64,000 nt of DNA from Gammaproteobacteria bacterium (GTDB lineage Bacteria > Pseudomonadota > Gammaproteobacteria > Eutrophobiales > Eutrophobiaceae): contig CBDEUK010000002.1 in NCBI GenBank assembly GCA_965243205.1, positions 64,001-128,000 on the forward strand, written 5' to 3'. A model generated the notes under the pieces. It was not told the DNA's origin. It made no database searches and saw only the letters and a list, made by a program, of their open reading frames with translations. A program made the position numbers and the translations under genes. Numbering within the stretch: the first letter of the stretch is position 1; every line of letters starts with the position of its first letter. Shown in pieces: positions 47,493 to 58,275 of this stretch.

Positions 47493-48244
47493 TGATGCAT
47501 TGTGAAATTAATATAAAAGAAAAAGTATTTTCTAAAAAATTTATTTTAAATAATTTGATTTTAAATATTAAAAACAATGAGTTTATTAGCATTGTCGGAC
47601 CATCTGGAACGGGTAAAACTACATTATTAAATATTATTGGTGGTTTGGATTCAGATTATTCAGGTGGAATACAATTTAATCATGATATTCAAAATCACAA
47701 TGCTATTTCTTATGTGTTTCAAGAACCAAGATTGATGCCTTGGCTCACTGTCTATGAGAATATTGATATAGTTATACCAAAGCATATTAGTAATAGAGAA
47801 GCTTTGATTAATGATCTACTAATCAATACAAATTTGTCTGAATATAAAAGTTCTTTTCCAAATCAATTGTCTGGTGGTATGCAAAGACGAGTTGGCCTTG
47901 CTAGAGCTTTTTCAATTAAACCTTCAATGTTGTTGATGGATGAGCCATTTATATCATTAGATTTACCAACTGCAAATTCTTTAAGACAGTTTTTAATTAA
48001 TATATTAACTGATTATAAACCGACAATTTTATTCGTAACTCATGATCTAATGGAAGCTTTAGCTCTGTCTGATAGGGTAATATTTCTTTCACAGAAACCC
48101 ACTCATATTATTCATGAGATAAAAATAAAACATGGTAGTAGTACTATGTATGAACGTGAGCAAACAGCTAAAGCATTACATGAAAATTTGAATGATGAAC
48201 ATCCAAATATATTAGATGGTGTATTAAAACAAACAATAAATTAA
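47492..48244 (+). CDS. NitT/TauT-family ABC ATP-binding protein
   Basis: GPSGTGKT, FQEPRLMPW, LSGGM, MDEPF, VTHD. Confidence 0.92.
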   Translation: MMHCEINIKEKVFSKKFILNNLILNIKNNEFISIVGPSGTGKTTLLNIIGGLDSDYSGGIQFNHDIQNHNAISYVFQEPRLMPWLTVYENIDIVIPKHISNREALINDLLINTNLSEYKSSFPNQLSGGMQRRVGLARAFSIKPSMLLMDEPFISLDLPTANSLRQFLINILTDYKPTILFVTHDLMEALALSDRVIFLSQKPTHIIHEIKIKHGSSTMYEREQTAKALHENLNDEHPNILDGVLKQTIN

Positions 48245-48265
48245 CTAATAAATTTTAAACTAATA

Positions 48266-49012
48266 ATGATTTTAGATATAAAACAACTTACAAAATATTA
48301 TGGAAAAAGAAAAGCGCTCAATGCAATCAGTTTTGATATTGAGAAGGGCACCTTTGCTGCCTTATTAGGGCAAAACGGAGCTGGAAAAACAACATTATTT
48401 CAACTTTTAACTGGCTTGTTTGTACCAGATTCAGGCAGCATAGCGATTGATGGGAATGATATAACTAAATCTGCAGTAAAAGCGTTAGCTGGTATCGGTG
48501 TCGTATTTCAACAAATAACCTTAGACATGGATTTAAGTATTAAAGCCAATCTGAAATTACATACTAGATTGCATGGCATCAATGATAAGGTAGCAAACTA
48601 TCGTATACAAAAAGAGTTAGAGCGCCTTGAATTATTTGATCGTCTTAATGAACCTGTTCGTAGTTTGAGTGGTGGAAATAAACGTAAAGTCGAATTGGCA
48701 CGTTCTCTTTTACATGAACCACATATATTGTTTATGGATGAAGCATCCGTTGGATTAGACCCAGCAGCGAGACAATCTTTGGTCGATTATGTTTATGAAC
48801 TAAAAGATACTCGAAAAGTATCTATCTTATGGGCGACCCATCTAGTTGATGAAGTGAACAATGCGGATAAATTAATTGTTTTACATCAAGGACATTTATT
48901 AATGTCTGGCGAACCTCAAGAATTATTGAATAGAACGAATGAAAATAATCTTTCTGATGCTTTTCTAAATCTCACGTCATTATTTATTAATGAGGGAGCG
49001 AAAGCATCATGA
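48266..49012 (+). CDS. ABC ATP-binding protein, PQQ system (PedB-like)
   Basis: GQNGAGKT, LSGG, MDEA, LWATHL. Confidence 0.88.
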   Translation: MILDIKQLTKYYGKRKALNAISFDIEKGTFAALLGQNGAGKTTLFQLLTGLFVPDSGSIAIDGNDITKSAVKALAGIGVVFQQITLDMDLSIKANLKLHTRLHGINDKVANYRIQKELERLELFDRLNEPVRSLSGGNKRKVELARSLLHEPHILFMDEASVGLDPAARQSLVDYVYELKDTRKVSILWATHLVDEVNNADKLIVLHQGHLLMSGEPQELLNRTNENNLSDAFLNLTSLFINEGAKAS

Positions 49013-49818
49013 ATATAAATCATGCAATCATGGCTTTACGTGCCCTAAGTAGCCGTGAAATTACAAAATTTGTACATCAAAAAGGCCGATTATTTTCTGC
49101 GTTGGTAAGACCTGCTTTATGGTTATTTGTTTTTGCAGTTGGATTTCAAAATGTATTAGGTATTTCGATCATACCGCCATATGAAACTTATATTGAATAT
49201 CAAGTTTATATTGTGCCTGGTTTGTTAGGGATTATTTTATTATTCAATGGTATGCAATCGTCATTAGCGATGGTGTATGACCGAGAGATGGGTTTGATGA
49301 GATTATTACTGACTTCTCCATTGCCAAGATGGTATTTGTTATTTTGTAAATTAATCTCAGGAACGGTTCTTTCTATTTTACAAGCGTACGCATTTTTAAT
49401 TTTATGTGTCATTTTTAATATTGAATTACCATTTGAAGGAATATTAAATATATTTCCTGCTCTATTATTAGGTGGCATGATGCTAGGAGCAATTGGTTTG
49501 GCGCTTTCGGTACATATCAAACAATTAGAAAATTTTGCTGGCACTATGAACTTCGTCATATTCCCGATGTTTTTTATTTCTTCAGCTTTATACCCATTAT
49601 GGAAGTTACAAGATGCTGGAGCTGAAATTTTATATAAAATAGCTCATGTCAATCCTTTTACTCATGCAGTGGAGCTCATACGTTTTGCTATGTATTCAAA
49701 ATTTACGCTTGTTAGTTTTCTTGTAGTTATAGCTTGTATCGTTCTTTTCTTTTCTTTAGCAGTTTGGGGTTATGACCCACAAAGAAGTTTGAGTAAGAAG
49801 GGGGGTAAAGCCAAGTAA
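49009..49818 (+). CDS. ABC-2 permease, PQQ system (PedC-like)
   Basis: IIPPYETYI, NGMQSSL.MVYDREMG, QLENFAG.MNFVIFPM. Confidence 0.88.
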   Translation: MNINHAIMALRALSSREITKFVHQKGRLFSALVRPALWLFVFAVGFQNVLGISIIPPYETYIEYQVYIVPGLLGIILLFNGMQSSLAMVYDREMGLMRLLLTSPLPRWYLLFCKLISGTVLSILQAYAFLILCVIFNIELPFEGILNIFPALLLGGMMLGAIGLALSVHIKQLENFAGTMNFVIFPMFFISSALYPLWKLQDAGAEILYKIAHVNPFTHAVELIRFAMYSKFTLVSFLVVIACIVLFFSLAVWGYDPQRSLSKKGGKAK

Positions 49819-49829
49819 GTAGTTCAGAA

Positions 49830-50477
49830 TCAGGAATCAAGATCAATACCATGACAGATCGCTATTTTTATTAAGTCTGGAATATTACGAGCTCCGAGCT
49901 TTTGTTTTATCTTATAAAGATGCGAAGACACAGATTTAGTCGATATCTCTAAGTTTTTTCCGATGGTAGTAGAATTCAAGCCGCGTACTGCTTGTATGAA
50001 TACATTAGCCTCTTGATTGGTTAGTGTGGATAGAAGATTTTTGTCAATATTAATATTGTTATAATAATTTTGGTTATCAATATCTTCGCTAAGAAAATAT
50101 TTACCTTTCATAACGGATTTTATGGCTTTAGTTAAGTTTGATGGTTCACTGGTTTTTGTAATATAACCAAATACACCATATTGTAATGCTCTTTTTATGA
50201 ACATTGGATCATTATGCATAGAGAATACAATGATTTTAGCCGTTTGATCATAGGTAGATATATTTTCTATTGTATCTAGGCCACTGGTGCCTTCAATAGA
50301 AAGATCAATGATACATAAATTAGGTTGGTATTGTTTATAAGCTTCAAATGCATCATCACCATTTTCGCCTTCCCAACAGATTAGGAATTTTTCCTTTTCC
50401 AATAATGAACGGCATGAATGACGAATGATTATATGATCATCGAGTAATAATGCTGTTTTAGATTCTTTATAATTCAT
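49830..50477 (-). CDS. NarL/LuxR-family response regulator
   Basis: LDDH, IIDLS, FSMH, LuxR HTH. Confidence 0.9.
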   Translation of the reverse strand: MNYKESKTALLLDDHIIIRHSCRSLLEKEKFLICWEGENGDDAFEAYKQYQPNLCIIDLSIEGTSGLDTIENISTYDQTAKIIVFSMHNDPMFIKRALQYGVFGYITKTSEPSNLTKAIKSVMKGKYFLSEDIDNQNYYNNINIDKNLLSTLTNQEANVFIQAVRGLNSTTIGKNLEISTKSVSSHLYKIKQKLGARNIPDLIKIAICHGIDLDS

Positions 50478-50590
50478 ACATACGAGTGATTTTAATATGG
50501 TTATAGATTCAGCTATATAGAGACTGAGTCTTTATGTTTATTATAAATAGTATAAAAATTATTTAATGAGAAAAAATCTGGATAATAGTA

Positions 50591-51925
50591 ATGAAAATAT
50601 CACTAAAAACTCGACTAACTATAATCGTTAGTTTTATTGTGATAATTACCTTGTTAGGACAAGGTGTTTTATTAATTCATAATTGGAAACAGGCAATACG
50701 TTCTGAAGTTGATTCGAGTTATAACTTGGCAAAACGACTTGTCGGTAGCAGTTTTATTACACCTAAATCATCATTAAGTGATGTAGAAAAAAAAGAAATT
50801 GTTGGTGTTCTCGAGGGTATGCGACATATACAAGTGATGGTTACTTATGATGGAAAAAAAACTACAACATTAAAAAATAATAACTCAAAAGATACGGCAG
50901 ATGTTCCCGAATGGTTTTCAAAAATCATCTATCCTTATGAACAAGCTCTTCCAAAAGTAAAAATTTATAGTTTTGATAATGCTTCTCAATTGACGATACA
51001 AGCTGATACGGATGATGAGATAGAAGAGGTTTGGGAAGATTTCAAAATTCAATCTTTAATTACAATTGCTTTTTCTGTATTTATTATTTTTCTGATGTAT
51101 CTGGGGCTATATTTTGGCCTTTATCCATTAAATCAATTACAGAGTGGATTTGAGAAACTTGAACAGGGTGACTTTAATACTAAAGTAGATGAAGACGTTT
51201 CTCAGGAATTATCTATTATTAATAAAAAATTCAATCATATGGTCACGGTATTAAAAAACACCTCTTATGATAATTCCTTATTAGTTAAAAAATTAGTTAA
51301 TATCCAAGAAGAAGAACGAAAATCTATTTCACGAGAACTTCATGATGAAATGGGTCCCCATTTGTTTGGTATTCGAGTAAATGCCTCGAAAGCTAGATCG
51401 CTATTAAAAGAAAACCAATATTCTGAAATTGATAATCAACTTACGGTAATTGACAATAGTGTTGTAAATTTACAAACGCATATGCGTAAACTTTTAAAAG
51501 AATTAAGACCATTAATATTAGATGATTTAACAATAGAAGAGGCCATTCACTCAATTGTCGATGCTGGAGAAATCAGTAGTTTAAACATTGATTGGAAAAT
51601 CGATTTGAGTAATTTAATTATAGAATTAGATGATACTTTAACGGTTACTTTATACAGAATTGCGCAAGAATGTGTTACCAATATAGTTCGGCACTCGCAA
51701 GCCACGAAAGCTAAAATAGTCGTTGCTAGTGATTACAAAGATAATACACATTCAAACCTTATAATTGTTGTTGAAGATAATGGTAAGGGCTTGAACCCAG
51801 ATAATTCATATGGCTTTGGCTTGATAGGAATGAGAGAAAGAGTTGTTGCTCTTGGGGGAGTTTTAGAGCTAACTAAGAGTGAATTTGGTGGTGTAAAGCT
51901 AGAGGTAAATATCCCAATTGGCTAA
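50591..51925 (+). CDS. HAMP + HisKA_3 sensor histidine kinase (MxcQ/MxbD/PedS2-like)
   Basis: TM-periplasmic-TM, MRHI and VPEWF motifs, HAMP, EEERKSISRELHDEMGPHL, QECVTNIVRH. Confidence 0.9.
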   Translation: MKISLKTRLTIIVSFIVIITLLGQGVLLIHNWKQAIRSEVDSSYNLAKRLVGSSFITPKSSLSDVEKKEIVGVLEGMRHIQVMVTYDGKKTTTLKNNNSKDTADVPEWFSKIIYPYEQALPKVKIYSFDNASQLTIQADTDDEIEEVWEDFKIQSLITIAFSVFIIFLMYLGLYFGLYPLNQLQSGFEKLEQGDFNTKVDEDVSQELSIINKKFNHMVTVLKNTSYDNSLLVKKLVNIQEEERKSISRELHDEMGPHLFGIRVNASKARSLLKENQYSEIDNQLTVIDNSVVNLQTHMRKLLKELRPLILDDLTIEEAIHSIVDAGEISSLNIDWKIDLSNLIIELDDTLTVTLYRIAQECVTNIVRHSQATKAKIVVASDYKDNTHSNLIIVVEDNGKGLNPDNSYGFGLIGMRERVVALGGVLELTKSEFGGVKLEVNIPIG

Positions 51926-52043
51926 ATAACTAATAAATCAATGAAAAGGAAATATGCATGACTGCATAGGGAAAAGTTCATATTTATTGCATTTATAAAT
52001 TCATTATCATATAGGGTCTTATAAATATATCAATGAGTTATAA

Positions 52044-52703
52044 ATGATTGATCCTAATATCCCTATATTATTAATAGATGACCATACGATTGTTTTGGAA
52101 GGCTGTGTCATTCTATTAAAACAACATGGTTTTAAAAATATCCATGTCGCTTCAAATTGTGAAGAAGGCTTGCAGTTTTTAGTCAAAACCCAACCAATGT
52201 TAGCCATAATTGATATTTCTATGCCGGGTATGGGCGGATTAGGTATTGTTAGACGGATCCAAAAGAAACAACTCAGGACCAAAGTCATTGTATTTTCTAT
52301 GCATGATGATCCAAGTATCGTTTCAAGGACATTGAACGCAGGTGTGAATGGTTACATAAGTAAAACTAACTCACCTGAAAGTTTAATAGATGCGGTAAAA
52401 AGTGTATTAGCAGGGAATATCTATTTATCTCAAGATATAGCCCAAATATTAGCCTTAGATAAACTTAACCCAACTCGTTCACGACTAGATTCATTGACCC
52501 CGAAAGAGTACGAAATCTTTGAAATGCTGGTTAATGGTAATGATATATCCGAAATAGCATTAACGTTATATCTCAGTTCAAAGTCTGTGAGTAATTATGT
52601 CACTAAGATAAAATCAAAATTGGAAGTTACTTCTGTAGCCGATATGGTTCATCTTGGTTATAAATATAATGTGACTCAACCTGACCTTCAGATGTCAGAG
52701 TAA
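52044..52703 (+). CDS. NarL/LuxR-family response regulator
   Basis: IDDH, IDISMPG, FSMH, LuxR HTH. Confidence 0.92.
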   Translation: MIDPNIPILLIDDHTIVLEGCVILLKQHGFKNIHVASNCEEGLQFLVKTQPMLAIIDISMPGMGGLGIVRRIQKKQLRTKVIVFSMHDDPSIVSRTLNAGVNGYISKTNSPESLIDAVKSVLAGNIYLSQDIAQILALDKLNPTRSRLDSLTPKEYEIFEMLVNGNDISEIALTLYLSSKSVSNYVTKIKSKLEVTSVADMVHLGYKYNVTQPDLQMSE

Positions 52704-52816
52704 ACCTATATATAATTTTGTTTTAGGAAAAACTCACTCAATCTGTTGGATGTCATCTCATATTAATAAGATGGTAATTTTTTTATGATTACTTTTTTAT
52801 TATAGGAGATTTAGCC

Positions 52817-53293
52817 ATGTTTTATAGCCGTATAATATCTATTGCAGCTTGCTTAGTAATTTCACTCAACGCCTATTCGGGGCAATCTTTACAAGTCACA
52901 AAAACCATACAGATTGATGCTAGTCCAGAAAAAGTTTGGGAATATGTGGGTGATTTTTGTGCTATCAAAGATTGGCATCCTGCCGTAAAAAATTGTGAAA
53001 TTGTTGAAGAGAACCATGAGAAATTCCGCATTCTCACATTGCAAGATGACGCAACAATTAAAGAAGCAAAAGGTGGAAAAAATCCAATGGGTTATATGTA
53101 TACGATTACTGAAAGCCCACTACCAGTAAAAGACTACAATGCTTTATTTGATGTTGAGAAAAAAGATAATGGAACTCTTATTACTTGGACGGCCACTTTT
53201 CTAGCAAATGGAAAGCCAGATCAAGAGGCTAAAGATGTCATCAGTGGGATTTTTGAAGCGGGCTTGAATTCTATTAACGATAAATTTAAGTAA
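52817..53293 (+). CDS. Periplasmic SRPBCC/MxaD-like protein
   Basis: Signal peptide; IDASPEKVW..WHPAV, RILTL, SPLPVKDY, IFEAGL. Confidence 0.82.
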   Translation: MFYSRIISIAACLVISLNAYSGQSLQVTKTIQIDASPEKVWEYVGDFCAIKDWHPAVKNCEIVEENHEKFRILTLQDDATIKEAKGGKNPMGYMYTITESPLPVKDYNALFDVEKKDNGTLITWTATFLANGKPDQEAKDVISGIFEAGLNSINDKFK

Positions 53294-53310
53294 GAGATAA
53301 ATTATATTTA

Positions 53311-53343
53311 TATACCATCTTATGTTTAAACTAAGATGGTATA
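53311..53343. terminator. Bidirectional terminator
   Basis: TATACCATCTTA...TAAGATGGTATA between convergent genes. Confidence 0.7.
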
Positions 53344-53346
53344 GTT

Positions 53347-54141
53347 TTAATGTTTAGATTTAAAAATTGAATTCTTACTATCCATAGCCTCTACAACAAT
53401 AAACTCTTCAGTATTTGAATTAAAATCAAATCTGAATGATGGGTTTTCTGAGATAGTGATCCCAGAATGAATTATCATCATTGGTGTCTCGCCATATTTA
53501 ACTAATACTTTATTTATATATCTAGCTGGAATAAAACCATCTTCATTTTTGCTAGTAGGTTGCATCCCAGTAAAGTTAGGATGGCGTATCTTTATGATTG
53601 CTTGTCGCCAGTTTTCACTGATATTCGTATCTTGTAACATTTTAATTTTTATCTTTCCAAGGTCTTTCAAAGCATCTTCAAGATTCATTGATGGTGGTGA
53701 CGAACAACCACCTGAACCTGCTACAAAGCTGGTATCCATATATAGTTTTTTATCTTTTGTTTCTAGCACCGCTCTTATTTCAGAAAAATTATTGACTCGT
53801 ACACGAGTATTAATGGTTCTTTCATTATCACTTTTAATTTGCTCAAACCCTTCTTGAAATTCTATTTCCATTGCATAAGGGTCTGGATTTCTATCGATAA
53901 TTAAATAGAGTTTTTTTAAATCCCTTATAATTTCTGGTGATAGTCGAATACTTATAGGAACCAATGATGCATCAGCGGCTAATTCAGGTGTGTATAATTT
54001 TACATAAGAGCTATTTTCATTAATATCGCGGTTTTGAAAATATTGCTTATGTAAATATGGCCATGGGTCAATATCAGAAAGAGCATTTTTTGAAAAAATA
54101 ATAAATAAAATAAATAGTGACTTGAAAAGAAAATGTTTCAT
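53347..54141 (-). CDS. Quinoprotein-dehydrogenase-associated SoxYZ-like fused carrier
   Basis: AADASLVPI, IDRNP.P, TRVRVN, internal GGCSSP, then SoxZ-like IRHPNFTGMQ, ISENP. Confidence 0.85.
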   Translation of the reverse strand: MKHFLFKSLFILFIIFSKNALSDIDPWPYLHKQYFQNRDINENSSYVKLYTPELAADASLVPISIRLSPEIIRDLKKLYLIIDRNPDPYAMEIEFQEGFEQIKSDNERTINTRVRVNNFSEIRAVLETKDKKLYMDTSFVAGSGGCSSPPSMNLEDALKDLGKIKIKMLQDTNISENWRQAIIKIRHPNFTGMQPTSKNEDGFIPARYINKVLVKYGETPMMIIHSGITISENPSFRFDFNSNTEEFIVVEAMDSKNSIFKSKH

Positions 54142-54146
54142 GATTT

Positions 54147-55547
54147 TTATTCTCCTAAAGCAAGAGGGTAAAGTTTAGGAAGTTGTGAAGAAGAAATTGA
54201 TTTAAATAGATGCTTATTTTGTTTTTTCCATTTTTTTAAAGCTTCTGCTGTATTATCCCCATTCCAATTTATATTTTTTGAACTATATATATAAGAATTT
54301 AATAACAATAACTCTTGTTTGAATTCTTCATTAACTTTAAATGCTAACTCTGAAAGTGAACGAATTTTAAAGTCAGTATTATAATTGTTAATAAAATTAA
54401 TTAGGTGTTTTTCTGCAGATTTAGCATCGTTCTGATTGCAGGCATGTAAAAATTTTCGATAGGCAACTGAAGATTGATTCCTTCGGACATGATATAAATT
54501 CTTTTTAATTAAGAATAAATACGTACTGAACAATATTGCTATGCTAACAATAGTTAGAACTATATATTTAAGATTATTTTTAATAATTAATTTGTTTTTG
54601 CTGCTATTAGTAAAAATTGACTGAATACTATCAGCAATACCTCCACCACGTTTTTTCTGAGCTGATTCAGTATCTTTGGTCGGTAAAATTTTTAATGTTT
54701 TGCCTGGGAAATACGCTATCTCTTCTTTGTCCTTTATTGTATTCCACCAAGGAACTGAAATTTCAGGTACTTCGAATGTACCTTCAACGGTAGGTACGAA
54801 TACGATCTCTTGTTGTAATACTGCAATCAATCCTGATTCAGCATGTTCTAATTCTTTTCTTTCCGTTTGTCTCGGATAGACTCTAAACCCAGTAGATTGA
54901 GGTGGCTTAAATGATGGGATATGGCCACTTCCAAGACCTGTAGCAGATAGAAATAAGTTTCGAGAAATAGGTTTCCCTACTTCTAAAGAAGACGATGGAG
55001 GTTGAAAATCTTGGTAAAGCTCTACTGATCTTGCAGGTATCCAAATATTACCTGAATATGTCTGAGGTATTGGTCTTACATCAAGATTTATAATATTAGA
55101 TTCAACTTCTACAAAACTAATTGTTCCGCCTTTGACAATATGTCCTTGAAATATTGAAGGTCCAATTATTAATTCGCCACTTTGTTCAGGATATAACACG
55201 TATTCCTGTTCAGTAACAACATATAATCGATTATTTTTATACATTCTATAACGACGTTTATTGATACCAATATTACGAAGCATGACATTTTTGCTTGTAA
55301 TTGGATCAGATAATTCAGGATAGGACATAGCTGCATCAAAACTCGTTGCATCACGAAACAGTCTTAGTTTTATAATCGTTTGTGCCTGAATATATGGACT
55401 TAATGTATTGGCCTCCAATTCAACAATGATAGTTTCTTTGCTTACGTCATCATTCACATAAACCGTATCATCATTATTGTTATCAGCTATAGCGATTTTT
55501 GGAATTACTAATAGAAAGAAGGCTAGGCGATATATGGTTTTCACCAT
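54147..55547 (-). CDS. BatD-family protein
   Basis: Ig-like BatD segments (YPEQSGEL.I, WIPA, VPWWNT), C-terminal TM and LPKLYP. Confidence 0.8.
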   Translation of the reverse strand: MVKTIYRLAFFLLVIPKIAIADNNNDDTVYVNDDVSKETIIVELEANTLSPYIQAQTIIKLRLFRDATSFDAAMSYPELSDPITSKNVMLRNIGINKRRYRMYKNNRLYVVTEQEYVLYPEQSGELIIGPSIFQGHIVKGGTISFVEVESNIINLDVRPIPQTYSGNIWIPARSVELYQDFQPPSSSLEVGKPISRNLFLSATGLGSGHIPSFKPPQSTGFRVYPRQTERKELEHAESGLIAVLQQEIVFVPTVEGTFEVPEISVPWWNTIKDKEEIAYFPGKTLKILPTKDTESAQKKRGGGIADSIQSIFTNSSKNKLIIKNNLKYIVLTIVSIAILFSTYLFLIKKNLYHVRRNQSSVAYRKFLHACNQNDAKSAEKHLINFINNYNTDFKIRSLSELAFKVNEEFKQELLLLNSYIYSSKNINWNGDNTAEALKKWKKQNKHLFKSISSSQLPKLYPLALGE

Positions 55548-57286
55548 GGGTCACCCTCGTAAGTATTTTTTTTATTACGAGATTGTTCTCGAAATTTACG
55601 TCGCATCAGTCCAGCAGGATCATCTTTAATTCTTCTTAGCCATTGTTCTTCAGCAAGATTATTTTCAGCTATATCTTGTTCAACCTCACCAACTTCAGCA
55701 GTATTTGCATCATCAGTTTCACTAGGTTTAGTTGCAGTATTCTCTATAGGTATATCATCTGGGTTACCAGACGATTGATTAGAATCATTATCTTGATTAG
55801 GTTGATTCGGAGGATTATTTTCCTGATTTTCAGAATCACTCTGTTTAGAATCATTGGATTTTTCTTTAGGATTTGTTTTATCTTTATTCTGAATGCTGCT
55901 GTCTTTATTCTCATTAGATAGTTTTTCCAACAATCTCAATACTTCAGACTTATTAAATAAAGCATCTTCATGTTGAGGGTTACGCTTTAATACTTGATTG
56001 TAAGCAATAACGGCTTCTTCTAAACGAGCTAAAAATACTAAGGTGTTGCCACGGTTGTAGATTGATTCAACATCATTAAGTTGTTTATATAAATCTAAGG
56101 CTGTTTCCCAGTTGTTTAGACGGTAAGCAGTTGCTGCTTGCCAACGGATATCAGAAAATAATTTTTCAGCAGTTTGAAAGTCCTTTCTGTCAAAGGCTTG
56201 TTTGCCTTGTTGATTTTTATTTAAAAATAAATTATTTGATTCCGCAGCGATAACTTCTTTATGGGGCGACAAACTTATTGCAATCAATACAATGAAAATG
56301 GCATTTTTTCGAAACAATAATGCCATAAAGGCTAAGCATAATAAGCTTATCCAAAAACCTTTATCATTCCAGTGAGAATCGCCTAGCTCATCACTGTCTT
56401 GATGTTCATTATTCACATTCAACAAATGTTTTATTAATTCATTAATATCTTTAATATCGGATCGAGACTGTATATATTTTCCATCAGTCCCTTGTGCTAA
56501 AGAAGACAATGATTCTGATTCCAAACGCGATTGAATTAATTCACCAGTGCTATTTTTGATAAAATCAATATCATTCATCTCAGGAATGTTAGCGCCAATC
56601 TCTGTACCGACCCCTAATATTGAAACACGTAAGTTAGCTTGTTTTGCAAAAGATATGAGTTCGTCAATATTATTACTACCAATACCATCTGTTACCAGAA
56701 CAATGTCACCACTATCCAATTCACTACGTTTTAAAAGTTCTTTTGATAATTGTAATGCAGCATAGACATTACTGCCTCTGCCTGGCATGATTTTGGGTGT
56801 TAAAGCAGGTACAAGAGATTTCAATGTTTCAACATCATGAGTTAATGGTGTTACAGCATAAGCATTTGCCGCATATGCAATCAATGCAACATTACCTTTT
56901 TGGTAATTATTCAGTAGGTCTTCAATTTTAAATCGAGCCCTCACATATCGCGCTGGCTTCACATCACGCACCAGCATGGAATTTGATAAATCAAAAGCGA
57001 TCAGTAATGCATTTTTATTACGTAATAAAGGATTAGGATCTTTATCCCAGGCAGGACCAGAAAGGGCGAGGATTGATAATAAACCAATGATAAAAAATAA
57101 ATTATTTCGATTTGATAATTGATTGCCACCACTATTCTCAACCAGTAATGCTTTTGTTAGTGCTGTATCACATACATTGTTCCAGATTGAATGAGCCGTT
57201 TGATTATTTTTATTTTGCCACCAAATATAAATAACCACTGGTATTAATAATAAGAAAACAGGACGGACAAAGTGAAAAAAATCCAT
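55541..57286 (-). CDS. vWA + TPR membrane protein (BatB/BatC-like)
   Basis: DLSNSM MIDAS, PLTHD, VTDG; TPR YNRGN; EQWLRRIKDDPAGLMRRKF. Confidence 0.88.
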   Translation of the reverse strand: MDFFHFVRPVFLLLIPVVIYIWWQNKNNQTAHSIWNNVCDTALTKALLVENSGGNQLSNRNNLFFIIGLLSILALSGPAWDKDPNPLLRNKNALLIAFDLSNSMLVRDVKPARYVRARFKIEDLLNNYQKGNVALIAYAANAYAVTPLTHDVETLKSLVPALTPKIMPGRGSNVYAALQLSKELLKRSELDSGDIVLVTDGIGSNNIDELISFAKQANLRVSILGVGTEIGANIPEMNDIDFIKNSTGELIQSRLESESLSSLAQGTDGKYIQSRSDIKDINELIKHLLNVNNEHQDSDELGDSHWNDKGFWISLLCLAFMALLFRKNAIFIVLIAISLSPHKEVIAAESNNLFLNKNQQGKQAFDRKDFQTAEKLFSDIRWQAATAYRLNNWETALDLYKQLNDVESIYNRGNTLVFLARLEEAVIAYNQVLKRNPQHEDALFNKSEVLRLLEKLSNENKDSSIQNKDKTNPKEKSNDSKQSDSENQENNPPNQPNQDNDSNQSSGNPDDIPIENTATKPSETDDANTAEVGEVEQDIAENNLAEEQWLRRIKDDPAGLMRRKFREQSRNKKNTYEGDPW

Positions 57287-57294
57287 TATTTATC

Positions 57295-58275
57295 TTAACT
57301 CCATATCCTGGTAAAACGTAGACAGATAATAATAATCAGTAAGGCAATGCCTAATGGCCAAACATACAGTTCTTTGTATAAATATAATTGTTCACCTTCA
57401 CTTACGACGGGTTCTAGTAAATTAATTTCATCGTAAATATTTTTTAGTTCTTCAGTATCACTGGCTAAGTAATATTTGCCGCCTGTCAAATAAGATATAT
57501 GTCTTAAAGTTTTTTCATCCAAGCCATAAGAATTAGGGCCAATCGATTGTTCTTCTCTAATAATTTCTGATTCGTTGCCTATGCCAATCGTATAAATTTT
57601 TAATCCTGCAGTTGCCGCAAGCCTAGCCGCGACAATGGGTCCAACTTCGCCAGCAGTATTTGCACCATCCGTCATTAGGATCAATACTCTTTCTTTAGCA
57701 TCGGATTCGCGTAATCGTTTAACCGCCAATCCAATCGCATCGCCAATCGCCGTTTTACTACCGGCTAGGCCAATCGAGGTTTCATCTAATAAGATTTGCA
57801 CTGTTTTACGATCTAAAGTTAAAGGGGTTTGAATATAGGCTTGAGTACCAAATACAATTAAACCAATACGATCACCTTCGCGTTTACTTATAAAATCTTT
57901 AGCAACTAATTTACTGGCTTCAAGTCGATTAATGATGCCATCATCTAATTCAAAATCGGTTTGTCGCATACTTTCAGAGAGATCAACTGCAACTACTAGA
58001 TCTCGACCACTGATGGGTTGTCCCTCGGCTTCAATGACCCACTGTGGTCTTGAGGCTGCAAATATTAATAATAGCCAAATCAATATTGATAAAATTAATG
58101 GCCAATTGATGGTTTTGTTTTTTATGGGATCACTGAGTCTTTGAAAATCATCTAGATAAGGTAGCCAAATTGCGTCTTGAGAATTACTTAGTGGTGGAAG
58201 TACATATCGAATCAAAAATGGCAAAGGAATAATCAATAATACAATAGGCCAGGCGATGTGTAAGTTAGGAACCAT
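57295..58275 (-). CDS. vWA domain protein (BatA-like)
   Basis: DLSESM, GDRIGLIVFG, TAIGDAIG, LMTDGAN. Confidence 0.9.
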   Translation of the reverse strand: MVPNLHIAWPIVLLIIPLPFLIRYVLPPLSNSQDAIWLPYLDDFQRLSDPIKNKTINWPLILSILIWLLLIFAASRPQWVIEAEGQPISGRDLVVAVDLSESMRQTDFELDDGIINRLEASKLVAKDFISKREGDRIGLIVFGTQAYIQTPLTLDRKTVQILLDETSIGLAGSKTAIGDAIGLAVKRLRESDAKERVLILMTDGANTAGEVGPIVAARLAATAGLKIYTIGIGNESEIIREEQSIGPNSYGLDEKTLRHISYLTGGKYYLASDTEELKNIYDEINLLEPVVSEGEQLYLYKELYVWPLGIALLIIIICLRFTRIWS

